This document shows positions 61,985 through 64,000 of a stretch of DNA of 64,000 nucleotides, one piece after another. The notes beneath the pieces are model-generated. The model was given only the letters and a program-made list of their open reading frames with translations. It had not been told where the DNA came from and ran no database searches. The translations under genes were made by a program, and so were the position numbers. Source of the DNA: Azolla caroliniana (Eukaryota; Plantae; Polypodiophyta); contig JBHGNT010000006.1 in the NCBI GenBank assembly GCA_043228905.1, positions 2,852,001 to 2,916,000 of the forward strand. The letters are read 5' to 3'. The stretch's first letter is position 1; every line of letters begins with the position of its first letter.

Positions 61985-63424
61985 GGAAAGGAAAGGAATA
62001 GCAACCAAAACTCCTAACTAAATGTGTCAAAAGAATAAAATGTGATGATGATGAAAGTTCAATATGTCTTTACCCCTCATTGGGACGAACAATATGTGAT
62101 AAACTAACAACAAAATGTACAAAAGTCTTTGATTCTAACACTAACACAATCTTTTATAACTAAACTAAGTGGTCAATATCACATGTTATAACTCCATCCC
62201 TAGATCTTGTACTTTTTCTCACAATGTAACAAACTCTATGAGAAAAACAATGCATAGGAACAATGTTTTTTATTCTAAACATAGAAAGCAAACAAATCAT
62301 GTTTCGTTGAGATGCAAGGGAATGAATTAGCACAATTTTGTGGGATCCATTATCTCAACTTACTTCTAGTGTTTGGTTGGAAAGGCATTGAAGGTGAAGC
62401 CTTAAAAAGGGTCATTGACTATGACATTAACATGGTTGACGGTGTTTAGTTGCAAAAGGCTTTCTAGAAAAAAAACCTAGACCAAGATGTTTCTTCGAAG
62501 AAGAGATCCCAAATTTGTTCCATTGGAACACCAATCATGTGTATAGTCTTTCCTAACAATCAACTTGAGATTGAGATTGAGATTGATATTCGGCCACTTG
62601 TAGCTGTCTAAGGAGGAAAATAACATCTCATATTGGAAACTAATTCTAAGTTGGGCATAAATATAGGAAGAAACACCACATTCTATCTTAAAGAAATTTA
62701 ATGGTTTAACTAATTTAGCAATGGTAGAACTCTTCACGTTTTTAATAAGAGCAACACCTTTTGAATACATATATAATTTTATTTTTGGGTTGTATTATTA
62801 TTTCACCCTCGATTTCAACCCCAATTTTGCGAGTTAAATTCCATTGATTAGATATTTTATGAATGAGGTCGTATAGATGGTCTTAACAACGTTTTTGTCA
62901 TTTTGTTCTAGCCTGCTTGACCATTACATAGTATGTATGATTTGGTGCTTGGGCTCAATTCAAGATCTATCACAGAGAGGACCCTTATCTATATATGCAT
63001 TTTTAAGTGCACCTACCCAAATTATATCGAGTGATGTATCAGTACATCGCAAAAACCCTTGACATTATTTTCTTAATAATACATTTTAGATGTCTTGCTA
63101 CGCAAGAAAGACCTTGGAACTAAAGACTCGTCACAATGCACTTTCATATCAAGACTTCTTCTCGATGGTGATAGAGCAACATGACTTACGAGAATCCTGA
63201 GATACTAGCTATGTATGGTGATTTGGAGAGGAGGATCGAAAGATAGATATGTTTTCGACGTCCATGGAAGACTCATTGAGATCAATGAGATAGGGCCTAG
63301 GTCCGATGGGGAGGAAGGGCTTGGTCATGTTTAAGTACAGTTTTGGACATTATATCTCAGAACCATGAAAGAAACCTCGAAAGCAAGGTGGAGATGATAT
63401 GGCCATCACCATCGCACCACCACC

Positions 63425-63462
63425 TACATACACACACATACGTACATCCATACACATGACAT

Positions 63463-63500
<38 letters not shown>

Positions 63501-63582
63501 TCATACAAATATCCATACATATGCATACTTCCATCCATCCAACCTTACATATATGTATACATACATACATACATACATACAT

Positions 63583-63613
<31 letters not shown>

Positions 63614-63802
63614 TACATACATACATACATACATACATACATACATACATACATACATACATACATACATACATACATACACACACACATACATACATAC
63701 ATACATACATACATGATACATACACACACACACACACATACATACATACATACATGATACATATGTACATGCATGCATGCATACATACATACATACATAC
63801 AC
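63425..63802. repeat. Compound (CA)n/(TACA)n microsatellite
   Basis: Directly visible simple repeats; a (GA)n run follows at 63899-63940. Confidence 0.97.
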
Positions 63803-63897
63803 GCGTAGTTACTGCTACATGTTGAAATTTTCTTCTCCAAATTCCTAGCAACATTTTGAAAAAGCTGCGTCAGGGCTCAGAACAGAGGACTCTGGTT

Positions 63898-63937
<40 letters not shown>

Positions 63938-64000
63938 AAGACACACAATCAGAGGATTAGGGTTTGGTTTTTTCTTTTTCTTTTTTATCATTCTGGATGA

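Noticed and set aside
62477-63400. L1 ORF1 remnant or host exon
   Set aside because: Similarity too weak and frames too broken to support either call.
63399-63854. His/Thr/Tyr- and Cys/Val/Met-rich ORFs
   Set aside because: Translations of the (TACA)n/(CA)n microsatellite.

Overview
Repeat-dominated eukaryotic DNA from a land plant, most likely a fern or other non-seed plant (inferred from the Tcn1-like chromoviruses, tRNA-Trp-primed non-chromovirus gypsies and RTE-X-like LINEs). Only one host gene is supported: a two-exon GT61 glycosyltransferase (minus strand, 16841-18729, about 570 aa). The rest is two large nests of LTR retrotransposons (1-12 kb and 30-56 kb), L1 and RTE-X-like LINE fragments, and microsatellites. 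The main result concerns three divergent Tcn1-like chromovirus LTRs (5542-11325, 11505-11976, 42740-43160). All share one architecture: an outward-facing tRNA-like Pol III A/B-box unit at the U3 tip, heat-shock elements, a TATA box, and a 10-12 nt transcript 5' end complementary to the PBS (Tf1-style self-priming). The same tRNA-like unit also occurs outside any LTR as tandem convergent pairs at about 30.0-30.5 kb. The youngest, ORF-intact element has its 5' R/U5 replaced by an inverted copy that starts exactly at the self-primer. All coordinates and alignments were read by eye; no searches were run.
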